Shown here piece after piece: positions 56,901 to 64,000 of a stretch of 64,000 bases of DNA. The number at the start of each line of letters is the position of its first letter. Position 1 is the first letter of the stretch. The notes beneath the pieces are model-generated. The model did not search any database, was not told where the DNA came from, and saw nothing but the letters and a program-made list of their open reading frames with translations. The stretch covers positions 72,830 through 136,829 of the forward strand of contig JAKLLH010000005.1 in NCBI GenBank assembly GCA_023150235.1, written 5' to 3'. Origin of the DNA: Azonexus sp. Its GTDB lineage: Bacteria; Pseudomonadota; Gammaproteobacteria; Burkholderiales; Rhodocyclaceae. Made by a program: the position numbers and the translations under genes.

Positions 56901-57129
56901 CGCCTTCATCACCGAGCGCCTGCACGTCGGCAACACCTACGTCAATCGCAACATCATTGGCGCCGTAGTCGGGGTCCAGCCCTTCGGCGGCGAAGGCCTC
57001 TCCGGGACCGGGCCCAAGGCCGGCGGCCCGCACTACCTGCTGCGCTTCGCCAGCGAACGCACGATCTCGATCGACACCACGGCGGCCGGCGGCAACGCCA
57101 GCCTGATGTCGATGGCGGACGCTTCCTGA
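53941..57129 (+). CDS. putA: Bifunctional proline dehydrogenase / P5C dehydrogenase (short type, no RHH domain)
   Basis: RLVKGAYW, ATHNA, RRLLENGAN, ISPWNFP, ETGGQN, GQRCSA; GGAGG SD before ATG 53941. Confidence 0.96.
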   Translation: MDTPTPQSSGQFGRFSQLRVRIRARHRADEDEVVQELLRLARFTPAGQYQILERARPLVAQVRAERNKTTGIDAFLNTYDLSSREGIVLMCMAEALLRIPDAETVDRLIKDKIGATAWAEKLGASHSLFVNASTWALMLTGRIIKLGDEDKHPGGTLGKLVARIGEPVIRQATLTAMRILGKQFVMGRNIGEALERAQSAEKRGYRHSYDMLGEAARTSEDALRYYESYTRAIAAIGQAANGLPPLAAPSISVKLSALHPRYEASQHERVLRELLPTVKKLAALAKQHNIGFTIDAEEADRLEISLDLIEALALDPELAGWDGLGLAVQAYMKRALPTLDWLADLARRAGRRLMVRLVKGAYWDAEIKLAQERGLSDYPVFTRKQSTDVSYLACARRLLADRVAFYPAFATHNAQTLAAVAQIAAEAGAGDDWEYQRLHGMGEELYDQIVGPERWNIACRVYAPVGTHEDLLAYLVRRLLENGANSSFVNRIADADLPIDDLLVDPCEKVAAFAAGPAGLRHPRIPLPVQLYRAAGDERPNSEGIDMFDQKTISDLAAALVTSRQQTYRAAPIVGGAVLAGPEQALYAPANRQELLGHWVEASPEQAAAAMRQAAAAYRRWEMTPVSTRAAALDRAGRLMQEKMPELVALIVREGGRTQGDAVSEVREAIDFCHYYAKEGRNRFSAPLELPGPTGEKNRLSLYGRGVFVCISPWNFPLAIFVGQIAAALAAGNCVVAKPAEQTPLSGALAVEVLHAAGIPVDVLHFVPGAGAVGAALVADPHCAGVAFTGSTEVARHIARALAAKDGPIVPLIAETGGQNALIADSSALPEQLVRDVVASAFNSAGQRCSALRILCVQEDIADKVCAMLKGAMQELVIGDPADIRTDVGPVIDAEARAALEAHARSLSADAREIHVCTLPANCQEGSFFAPRAYEIDSIARLQREVFGPILHLVRWRSDQLAELCASIAATGYGLTLGIHSRIDETVAFITERLHVGNTYVNRNIIGAVVGVQPFGGEGLSGTGPKAGGPHYLLRFASERTISIDTTAAGGNASLMSMADAS

Positions 57130-57172
57130 GTCCCGCATCGCCGGTGGCAAGCGTGCGCTGAGAAGAAATGGC

Positions 57173-57200
57173 CCTCGATCACGGTCGACCGTGATCGAGG
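57173..57200. repeat. 28-bp perfect palindrome, CACGGTCGACCGTG family
   Basis: CCTCGATCACGGTC|GACCGTGATCGAGG between convergent genes. Confidence 0.8.
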
Positions 57201-57289
57201 CGGTAAAAGTGCCGACGCCCCAGCTGGCAAAGGCGCTAGCCGGGGCGTCGATGGCAATCCGGGCGAGGGAGGCTGCTTGCCGGGGGCGT

Positions 57290-57937
57290 TCAGCGGCTTT
57301 CGACCGGGGCCGGACGCTGGGCACCGGCCGGGGCCAGGTCGAGGCGCTTGATGTCGGCATCGGGCAGGACTTCGAGGACGTTGACCACTTTCCTCACCCC
57401 GTCGGTGGTGCGGGCAACCTGGACGGCCACCTTGCCTTCGTAGGCGCTGACGATGCCCATCAGGTAGGTATGGCCGTTCTCGGTAACGACCTTGACGTGG
57501 TTGGCCGAAATCTTCTGCGAATCGACCAGCCGGGCCTTGACCTTGGAGGTCACGAAGCTGTCGCGGCTGCGCACGCTGAGGCTGGACGGGGCGGCGACGA
57601 CCAGTTCGTTATACACCTCGCGCACGCCCTGCAAGCCGCGGGCGGCAGCTTCGATTTCGCTGCGCGCCTCGTCGCCGGGAACTTCGCCGGTCAGCAGCAA
57701 ACGCCGGTTGTAGGCGGTGACATTGACGTGCGCGGCGTCGCGGAACTTGGCCGGAATCGCGTCGGCGGCCTTCCATTCCAGGCTTTCGTCGTCGGCCTGG
57801 GTGCCGGTGCTGCGGCGGTCGTGGGCGCTCATCACCCCGGCGGCGGTGCCGGCGACGATGGCCGGGAAACAGCCCTGCAACAGCGGCAGGGTCAACGCCA
57901 GCGCGGTCGCGGCGAGGGTCAGGCGGGACTTGTTCAT
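57290..57937 (-). CDS. Dual-BON domain lipoprotein (DolP/YraP-like)
   Basis: LQGC lipobox, DRRSTG, LLLTGEV, V.V.TENG..YLMG. Confidence 0.9.
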   Translation of the reverse strand: MNKSRLTLAATALALTLPLLQGCFPAIVAGTAAGVMSAHDRRSTGTQADDESLEWKAADAIPAKFRDAAHVNVTAYNRRLLLTGEVPGDEARSEIEAAARGLQGVREVYNELVVAAPSSLSVRSRDSFVTSKVKARLVDSQKISANHVKVVTENGHTYLMGIVSAYEGKVAVQVARTTDGVRKVVNVLEVLPDADIKRLDLAPAGAQRPAPVESR

Positions 57938-58098
57938 CGTAAGACTAACTCCGGTTTGAAACCCCGCCCTTCAGGGCGGTGGGAGCCGACCCCGGCCTGA
58001 AGGCCGGGGTTTCAGGCGACCGTTTCGGGAGGGGATGCAAACCCCTTCCAAAACATGTTTGACCGACAGGCATGAATGCCTGTCGCTAATTTCTTGCT
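57938..58098 (+). mobile_element. IS200/IS605-like palindromic element, copy 4 (161 bp)
   Basis: After TTCAT 57933-57937; removing it restores a TAATG stop/start overlap. Confidence 0.85.
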
Positions 58099-58688
58099 TA
58101 CTCGACTCCGAGCAGCAGTGCGTCGATCCCGTCGCACAGGCAGTGGATGATCAGCAGGTGGGTTTCCTGGATGCGCGCGGTGCGCTGCGCCGGCACGCAC
58201 AGGTGGATGTCGTCGTCGCGCAGCAGTTCGCCGATCTGGCCGCCGTCGCGGCCGGTCAGCGCGATCACCCGCATCTCGTGTTCGTGGGCGGCGTTGATCG
58301 CCTCGATCACGTTGCCGGAATTGCCCGAGGTCGAGATCGCCAGCAGCACGTCGCCGGCGTGGCCGAGGGCGCGCACCTGGCGGGCGAAGATCTGGCTGAA
58401 GGCGTAGTCGTTGGCGACCGCGGTCAGGATCGATGTGTCGGTGGTCAGCGCAATCGCCGCCAGTTCGCCGCGCTCGGCCTCGAAGCGGCCGACCAGTTCG
58501 GCCGCGAAGTGCTGCGCGTCGGCGGCTGAACCGCCGTTACCGCAAGCGAGGATCTTGCCGCCGTTGAGCAGGCTTTGGGTCAGGGTCTCGATGGCGGCGG
58601 CGACCGGCGCGGCGAGCAGGTCGACGGCTTCGAGCTTGGTACGGGCGCTATCCTCGAAATTCTCGGCAACGCGGGCGATCAGATCCAT
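58098..58688 (-). CDS. gmhA: Phosphoheptose isomerase GmhA/DiaA family (SIS domain)
   Basis: CGNGGSAADAQH, AISTSGNS, RIQETH. Confidence 0.9.
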   Translation of the reverse strand: MDLIARVAENFEDSARTKLEAVDLLAAPVAAAIETLTQSLLNGGKILACGNGGSAADAQHFAAELVGRFEAERGELAAIALTTDTSILTAVANDYAFSQIFARQVRALGHAGDVLLAISTSGNSGNVIEAINAAHEHEMRVIALTGRDGGQIGELLRDDDIHLCVPAQRTARIQETHLLIIHCLCDGIDALLLGVE

Positions 58689-58733
58689 GAAATGCTTCCC
58701 TTGGCGGGTGGAAAAAAGAGGGGTGATTTTACC

Positions 58734-59048
58734 TCAGAGCGCCGCGTAGACCGTGAGTTCCAGCCGCTGCCACGGCGTCGCCGCCAGGTGCAGGCTGGTG
58801 ATGCGGGCATGCAGCGCGATGCCCTCGTCGAGTGCCTCGGCCAGCGGCCGGTTGAGCGTGCGCGGCAGGTAGCCGATCCGCTGGCCCCGCCAGAGCACGG
58901 CCACGGCTTCCGGGTCATGGCGATTGGTGGCTTCGCGCTGCAGTTCCAGGCGGTCGCCCGCCGCCATTTCCGCGCCGACCTCGGCCAGTGCGTGGTATTG
59001 GCTGCCGGCCAGGGCGCAACGCAGGATGAAGAAGGCGAGTTCAGGCAT
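58734..59048 (-). CDS. Stand-alone HIRAN domain protein
   Basis: LAGSQYH, LQREATNRHDPEAVAV, IGYLPR. Confidence 0.85.
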   Translation of the reverse strand: MPELAFFILRCALAGSQYHALAEVGAEMAAGDRLELQREATNRHDPEAVAVLWRGQRIGYLPRTLNRPLAEALDEGIALHARITSLHLAATPWQRLELTVYAAL

Positions 59049-59403
59049 CGGCGGTGAAAGCGGCGCGCAGCCAGTGCCAGTGGCCGTTTTCCTGCAGCAG
59101 GCAGTCGAAACGGCAGTCGCATTCGCCGTGACGGGCCAGGTAATGCCGCGCCGCCAGCACAATGCGCTGACGCTTGGCGAAATCGATGCTCGCTGCCGCA
59201 CCGCCAAAGCCGCTGCCACGACGCGAACGCACCTCGACAAAAACCAGGGTCGCGCCGTCGCGGGCGATCAGGTCGATTTCGCCGCCACGCACGCGAAAAT
59301 TACGGTCGACAATGCGCAAACCCGCTTTTTCCAGCAATCCGGCGGCCGCCAGCTCGGCTTCGCGCCCCTTGACGACGGTGGTATCGTTGCCGCTTCTTCG
59401 CAT
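59041..59403 (-). CDS. yraN: YraN (UPF0102) endonuclease-like protein
   Basis: GREAE, RNFRVRGGEIDLI, VFVEVR, RFD. Confidence 0.92.
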   Translation of the reverse strand: MRRSGNDTTVVKGREAELAAAGLLEKAGLRIVDRNFRVRGGEIDLIARDGATLVFVEVRSRRGSGFGGAAASIDFAKRQRIVLAARHYLARHGECDCRFDCLLQENGHWHWLRAAFTADA

Positions 59404-59451
59404 TTGGCCCCCGTCCCGGCGCTTCCGCTGCCTGTGGCAAGGCCGGGAATA

Positions 59452-60300
59452 ATGACAATGGAAAACTCCGTATTGTACGTCGTCCCCACGCCCCTGGGGA
59501 ACCTCGCCGACCTCACCCGCCGCGCCGAGGAGGTGCTGCGTGCGGTGCCCTGGATCGCCGCCGAGGACACCCGCCACAGCGGCCCGCTGCTCAAGCAGCT
59601 CGGTGCCTCGGGACGACTGCTGCCGGCACACCAGCACAACGAGCACGAAGCGGCGGCACGGATCGTCGACAAGCTGCAGGCCGGCGAATCGGTGGCGCTG
59701 ATTTCCGACGCCGGCACCCCCGGCATCTCCGACCCCGGCGCCCGCGTCGTCGCCGCGGTGCGCGCCGCCGGTGGCCGGGTGGTGCCGCTGCCCGGCCCCT
59801 GCGCGGCGACCACCGCGCTGTCGGCATCCGGCCTCGGCGACCAACATTTCCTGTTCTACGGCTTCCTGCCAAGCAAGGCCGGCCAGCGCCGGCAAGCCAT
59901 CGACAGCCTGCGCGCGACGCCGGCGGCGCTGGTCTTTTACGAAGCCCCGCACCGGGTTCTCGATACCGTCGGCGACCTCGCCGAACTGCTCGGCGAGCGC
60001 ACGCTGGTGATCGCCCGCGAACTGACCAAGCTCTTCGAGAGCATCCACAGCGGCCCGCTGGCTGCCGCGCTCGACTGGCTCAAGGCCGATAGCAACCGCC
60101 AGCGCGGCGAGTTCGTGCTGATCGTTTCCGGCGCCCCGGCCAATAGCGACGACGGTGAAGGCGAGCGGGTGCTTGGACTGCTGCTCGCCGACGGCCTGCC
60201 GGTCAAACAAGCGGCCAAGCTGGCGGCGGCAATCACCGGCGCCGGCAAGAATGCGCTCTACGACCGGGCGCTGGCACTCAAGGCGGCGCAAGCCTCCTGA
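59452..60300 (+). CDS. rsmI: 16S rRNA C1402 2'-O-methyltransferase
   Basis: LYVVPTPLGNL, AEDTR, SDAGTPGISDPG, YEAPHR, RELTKLFE. Confidence 0.96.
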   Translation: MTMENSVLYVVPTPLGNLADLTRRAEEVLRAVPWIAAEDTRHSGPLLKQLGASGRLLPAHQHNEHEAAARIVDKLQAGESVALISDAGTPGISDPGARVVAAVRAAGGRVVPLPGPCAATTALSASGLGDQHFLFYGFLPSKAGQRRQAIDSLRATPAALVFYEAPHRVLDTVGDLAELLGERTLVIARELTKLFESIHSGPLAAALDWLKADSNRQRGEFVLIVSGAPANSDDGEGERVLGLLLADGLPVKQAAKLAAAITGAGKNALYDRALALKAAQAS

Positions 60301-60426
60301 TCCGCTGCCGCGCCGGTCTTCAGCACGGCCCGCGCCCCCTGTCGCCTCGGTAATGACATGCCGACAGGCTCGCCACCCGCTCTTCGGAATCATCCCGATC
60401 CAAAAACAATCCCCACGAGAACCGCC

Positions 60427-61269
60427 ATGAAATTCGAAGGTACCGATTCCTACGTTGCCACCCGCGACCTGACGCTCGCCGTCAATGCCGCCATTGCCCT
60501 GCAACGCCCGCTACTGATCAAGGGTGAGCCGGGCACCGGCAAGACACTGCTCGCCGAGGAAGTGGCGCGGGCACTCAACATGCCGCTCTTCCAGTGGCAT
60601 GTGAAATCGACGACCAAGGCGCAGCAGGGCCTCTACGAATACGACGCGGTGTCCCGCCTGCGCGACTCGCAGCTCGGCGACCCGCGTGTGCACGACATCG
60701 CCAACTACATCGTCCCCGGCGTGCTGTGGCAGGCCTTCGAGTGCGAGGTGCCGGCGGTGGTGCTGATCGACGAGATCGACAAGGCCGACATCGAATTCCC
60801 CAACGACCTGCTGCGCGAGCTCGACCGCATGGAGTTCCACTGCTACGAGCTGCAGAAGACGCTCAAGGCCAAGCATCGTCCGCTGATCATCATCACCTCG
60901 AACAACGAGAAGGAATTGCCGGACGCCTTCCTGCGCCGCTGCTTCTTCCACTACATCAAGTTCCCGGACAAGGCGACCATGCAGCGCATCGTCGATGTCC
61001 ATTTCCCGGCGCTCAAGCACGAGTTGCTCAAGGAAGCGCTCGAAGTCTTCTTCGACCTGCGCGAGGTGCCGGGCCTGAAGAAAAAGCCCTCGACCAGCGA
61101 ACTGATCGACTGGCTGAAGCTGCTCTTGGCCGAAGACATCCCGCCGGAAGTGCTGCGCGCCAAGGACAGCAAGGATGCCATTCCGCCGCTGCACGGCGCG
61201 CTGCTCAAGAACGAGCAGGACATCCACCTCTTCGAGCGCCTGGCCTTCATGGCCCGCCGCAAGGGCTGA
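60427..61269 (+). CDS. MoxR-family AAA+ ATPase
   Basis: GEPGTGKT, LIDEIDKAD, ITSNNEKELPDAFLRRC. Confidence 0.93.
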   Translation: MKFEGTDSYVATRDLTLAVNAAIALQRPLLIKGEPGTGKTLLAEEVARALNMPLFQWHVKSTTKAQQGLYEYDAVSRLRDSQLGDPRVHDIANYIVPGVLWQAFECEVPAVVLIDEIDKADIEFPNDLLRELDRMEFHCYELQKTLKAKHRPLIIITSNNEKELPDAFLRRCFFHYIKFPDKATMQRIVDVHFPALKHELLKEALEVFFDLREVPGLKKKPSTSELIDWLKLLLAEDIPPEVLRAKDSKDAIPPLHGALLKNEQDIHLFERLAFMARRKG

Positions 61270-61273
61270 TCCC

Positions 61274-62446
61274 GTGTTGATCGATTTCTTGCTGCACCTG
61301 CGGGCGCGGCAACTGCCGGTGTCGACCAAGGAATTGCTGGCCCTGCTCGAAGCGCTGGAAGCGCGGCTGGTCAGCGGCAGCCTGGACGATTTCTACCTGA
61401 TCGCCCGCGCGCTCTTGATCAAGGACGAGGCGCTCTACGACCGCTTCGACCGCGCCTTTGGCGAATACTTCCAGGGTATCGAAGCCTTGCCGGGCATGGA
61501 CGTGCTGGTGCCGGAGGAATGGCTGCGTCTGGCCGCCAAGCGCCATTTAAGTGAGGAAGACCGGCTCAAGCTGCAAAAACTGGGCTACGAAAAGCTGTTC
61601 GAAACCCTGAAGCAGCGGCTGGACGAACAGAAGGAGCGGCACGCCGGCGGCAGCAAATGGATCGGCACTGGCGGTACGTCGCCTTTCGGTCATGGCGGTT
61701 ATCACCCGGAAGGTGTGCGCATCGGTGGCGAATCGGCCGGCAATCGCACCGCCGTCAAGGTCTGGGAACAGCGCGAATTTCGCAACCTGGACGACACGCT
61801 GGCGCTGGGTGTGCGCAACATCAAGGTCGCTCTACGCCGCCTGCGCCGTTTTGCCCGTCAGGGCGCGGCCACCGAGCTTGACCTCGACAGCACCATCGCC
61901 GGCACCGCTCGCAACGGCGGCATGCTCGACCTGCACCTGCGCCCGGAACGCCACAACGCGGTCAAGGTGCTGCTCTTCCTCGACGTCGGCGGCTCGATGG
62001 ACGACCACATCCAGGTCTGCGAAGAACTGTTTTCCGCCGCCCGTGCCGAGTTCAAGCACCTGGAACATTTCTACTTCCACAACTGCGTCTATGAGGGCGT
62101 GTGGAAGGACAACCGCCGCCGCCACGACCAAAAGCTGTCGACCTGGGATGTGCTCCACACCTACGGCCCGGACTACAAGCTGGTCTTCGTCGGCGACGCC
62201 AGCATGAGCCCGTACGAAATCAGCCACCCCGGCGGCAGCGTCGAACACTGGAACCAGGAACCCGGCGCCGTCTGGATGGAACGCCTGCTCGCCACCTGGC
62301 TGCACGCCGCCTGGCTCAACCCGCTGCCGGAAGGGCAGTGGGAATGGACGCAATCGATCCGCATGCTCCGCCAACTCTGCCACAACCGCATGTACCCGCT
62401 GACCTTGGACGGGCTGGAACGGGCGATGCGTGGGTTGTCGAAATAG
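61274..62446 (+). CDS. VWA domain protein (CoxE-like), MoxR partner
   Basis: DVGGSM MIDAS motif, FHNCVYE, VGDASM. Confidence 0.9.
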   Translation: MLIDFLLHLRARQLPVSTKELLALLEALEARLVSGSLDDFYLIARALLIKDEALYDRFDRAFGEYFQGIEALPGMDVLVPEEWLRLAAKRHLSEEDRLKLQKLGYEKLFETLKQRLDEQKERHAGGSKWIGTGGTSPFGHGGYHPEGVRIGGESAGNRTAVKVWEQREFRNLDDTLALGVRNIKVALRRLRRFARQGAATELDLDSTIAGTARNGGMLDLHLRPERHNAVKVLLFLDVGGSMDDHIQVCEELFSAARAEFKHLEHFYFHNCVYEGVWKDNRRRHDQKLSTWDVLHTYGPDYKLVFVGDASMSPYEISHPGGSVEHWNQEPGAVWMERLLATWLHAAWLNPLPEGQWEWTQSIRMLRQLCHNRMYPLTLDGLERAMRGLSK

Positions 62447-62547
62447 GGGGTGCTACGGTCGACCGGGGTTTTGGGGGGGATTTTGGGTTGGTCGTGGGGG
62501 GGGGGCTATCGACCCTAGGCTGCCCGTGACAGCTATGAAAAGCTGAT

Positions 62548-62616
62548 GCTCAACGTCTGACATAACCGGCGCGGGTGGCTTCATCGCCAGCGTCCGTGTT
62601 GATGGATAGGCTGGGC
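62548..62616 (+). other. attC-like site (degenerate R')
   Basis: GCTCAAC (RYYYAAC) ... GCTGGGC, 69 bp, central palindrome and CGTCCG arm shared with the second site. Confidence 0.65.
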
Positions 62617-62622
62617 GTCTCC

Positions 62623-62889
62623 TCACTCATAGTGGGTCCACATGCGCAAGACGCGAACCGTTTTTTCTTTAGTGAAGACCTCGTAGACCATGCGGTGCTG
62701 AATGTTGATGCGACGAGAGTAGGTGCCTGCCAGATCACCTACCAACTTTTCAAAGGGCGGTGGGTTTTGAAACGGGTCACCCGCAAGAATAGCCAGCAGT
62801 TCCTGTGCCTTTGGCTTAAGACCACTTGCAGCAAGCTTTTTTGCATCTTTCATGGCTTGCTTGGCATAAGCAATTTCCCAACTCACCAC
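62623..62889 (-). CDS. Txe/YoeB family toxin (cassette-borne)
   Basis: FEKLVGDL, YSRRINIQHRMVY, RMWTHYE. Confidence 0.93.
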   Translation of the reverse strand: MVSWEIAYAKQAMKDAKKLAASGLKPKAQELLAILAGDPFQNPPPFEKLVGDLAGTYSRRINIQHRMVYEVFTKEKTVRVLRMWTHYE

Positions 62890-63125
62890 TTAAGCGCCTT
62901 CGAGCTATTTGCGAGGGGCTCGGCCATGCCAACTTTGATGGACTCTCGCATGCCAGGTACGGCTAGCAGGTACAAGGTTTCCTGAATTGCGCTCCAGTCT
63001 TCCGCAGAGAGCAGAACGGCACTGCTGCGTTTCCCTGAAATGATGATTGGCTCATGTGACTCTGCCGTTTGGTCAATGAGGCGGTATAGGTTTGCGCGAG
63101 CTTCGCTGGCGGTAAGTGTGTTCAT
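62883..63125 (-). CDS. Phd/YefM family antitoxin (cassette-borne)
   Basis: TASEARANLYRLID, IQETLYLL.VPGM. Confidence 0.93.
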   Translation of the reverse strand: MNTLTASEARANLYRLIDQTAESHEPIIISGKRSSAVLLSAEDWSAIQETLYLLAVPGMRESIKVGMAEPLANSSKALKW

Positions 63126-63154
63126 TTCATCTTCCTTGCAAAGAAGCGCCCATG

Positions 63155-63170
63155 GTACGCTAATGCGTAC
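63155..63170. promoter_or_regulatory. TA operator palindrome
   Basis: GTACGC-TAAT-GCGTAC, GTAC cores 12 bp apart, upstream of the antitoxin. Confidence 0.6.
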
Positions 63171-63195
63171 GACGGTCAAGCGGGCGCTTCAAGAC

Positions 63196-63265
63196 GCCCA
63201 ACGTAGAGGTGACCGGCGCTGCGCGGCTTTATCGCGCAGCGTCCGTGTGGACCGCCGGGTTGAAC
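63196..63265 (+). other. attC site
   Basis: GCCCAAC...GTTGAAC, 70 bp, with central GCTGCGCG-GCTTTAT-CGCGCAGC stem. Confidence 0.8.
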
Positions 63266-63376
63266 GAAGCCGCTACGCGGAGAGGTCGCCCGGTTGCTGG
63301 CGCTGAATTATTCTGCATGTCGGTTCCTTCGTTGTGAAGGGACCGATTCTGCGATATTTCAAGAGGATAAGCCGGT

Positions 63377-64000
63377 ATGTCAAGCAATTTTCCGGCGCAT
63401 TTTGCCCGGCAGCATGACAGCCATCTCAAGCACCTGAAACTCAAGCACCTGAAACTCAAGCACCTGAAACTCAAGGGGCTGCAGCCCAAGATGATTGACG
63501 CCTACGCCCGAGCCATCCGGCACCTGGGCGGGTATTTCGACTACCGCATCGACGATCTTTCGGAAGCGCAGCTGACCGAGTATTTCAGCGACCTGATCGG
63601 CGCGCATTCGTGGAGTGCGGTGAAGCTCGATCTCTACGGGCTGAAGTTTTTCACCGTCCATGTGCTCAAGAAGCCCTGGGCGATGCCCCATCTGATCAAG
63701 CCGCCCAAGTGCCAGCGGCTGCCGGACATTGTCACGGTCGACGAGGCGCAGCGGCTCTTTTCAGCGACGCGGGTCTTGAGCTACCGGGTGTTGTATTTCA
63801 CCCTTTACAGCCTGGGTTTGCGTCTGGGCGAGGGGCTGGCGCTCAAGGTGAGCGACATCGACGCGACACGCATGCGCGTTCAGGTGCGCGATGCCAAGGG
63901 TAACCGGGATCGTTTCGTGCCCCTGGCCCCGGCGACGCTGACGGTGTTGCGCCGCTTCTGGCAAACGCATCGCCATCCGGAACTGCTCTTTCCCAATCGC
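63377..64000 (+). CDS. Tyrosine recombinase of the IS91-associated type (partial; runs off the window)
   Basis: Hand translation MSSNFPAHF..LKGLQPK..AYAR, SWSAVKLDLYGLKFF, YSLGLRLGEG (catalytic R), AKGNRDRFVP; AGAGG SD. Confidence 0.85.
   Translation, partial: MSSNFPAHFARQHDSHLKHLKLKHLKLKHLKLKGLQPKMIDAYARAIRHLGGYFDYRIDDLSEAQLTEYFSDLIGAHSWSAVKLDLYGLKFFTVHVLKKPWAMPHLIKPPKCQRLPDIVTVDEAQRLFSATRVLSYRVLYFTLYSLGLRLGEGLALKVSDIDATRMRVQVRDAKGNRDRFVPLAPATLTVLRRFWQTHRHPELLFPNR
63425..63475 (+). repeat. In-frame 15-bp tandem repeat (CTCAAGCACCTGAAA)x3.4
   Basis: Encodes LKHLK-LKHLK-LKHLK-LK. Confidence 0.95.

Noticed and set aside
53992-57360. 1122-aa minus-strand ORF
   Set aside because: Antisense shadow of putA; the same applies to most long overlapping ORFs in the track.
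63731-63743. CACGGTCGAC inside the recombinase (and a similar 9-mer in uvrA near 9260)
   Set aside because: Half-sites explained by codons (TVD/VDR) in GC-rich genes; no extended palindrome.
63377-64000. Calling the recombinase an integron integrase (IntI)
   Set aside because: The N-terminal motifs fit the IS91-associated type; the IntI-specific insertion cannot be assessed in the truncated sequence; no attI recognised.

Overview
A GC-rich betaproteobacterial chromosome segment, most likely Rhodocyclales (Dechloromonas/Azonexus-like; inferred from gene content and an Azoarcus-type intron). Most genes are housekeeping: finR-fpr, uvrA, rplU-rpmA-obgE-proB, rpoD, hemCD, mltA, amt, recA-recX-lptB-rpoN-hpf-ptsN-hprK, the ccmABCDEFGHI-napF operon, putA, rsmI/yraN/gmhA/BON and moxR-VWA. 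The non-routine content is as follows. (1) Four copies of a 134-161 bp hairpin-rich non-coding element, each inserted directly after TTCAT, i.e. exactly in front of the ATG of a minus-strand gene. It has IS200/IS605-like hairpins and guide geometry, no target duplication, and its ends supply a substitute SD-like GGAG and upstream stop codons. (2) A 207-nt group I intron splitting tRNA-Ile(CAU) after rpoD, followed by a lower-GC ATPase-nuclease islet. (3) Two attC-like sites bracketing an inverted YefM/YoeB-type cassette, followed by an IS91-associated-type tyrosine recombinase with a 15-bp tandem repeat. (4) A dispersed loop-less palindrome family with core CACGGTCGACCGTG. (5) Three toxin-antitoxin pairs, LexA, FNR and sigma54/NtrC sites, tRNA-Ser(UGA) and a candidate anti-SD sRNA. 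All calls were made by eye with no database searches; several start codons were moved from the ORF track to more plausible positions.
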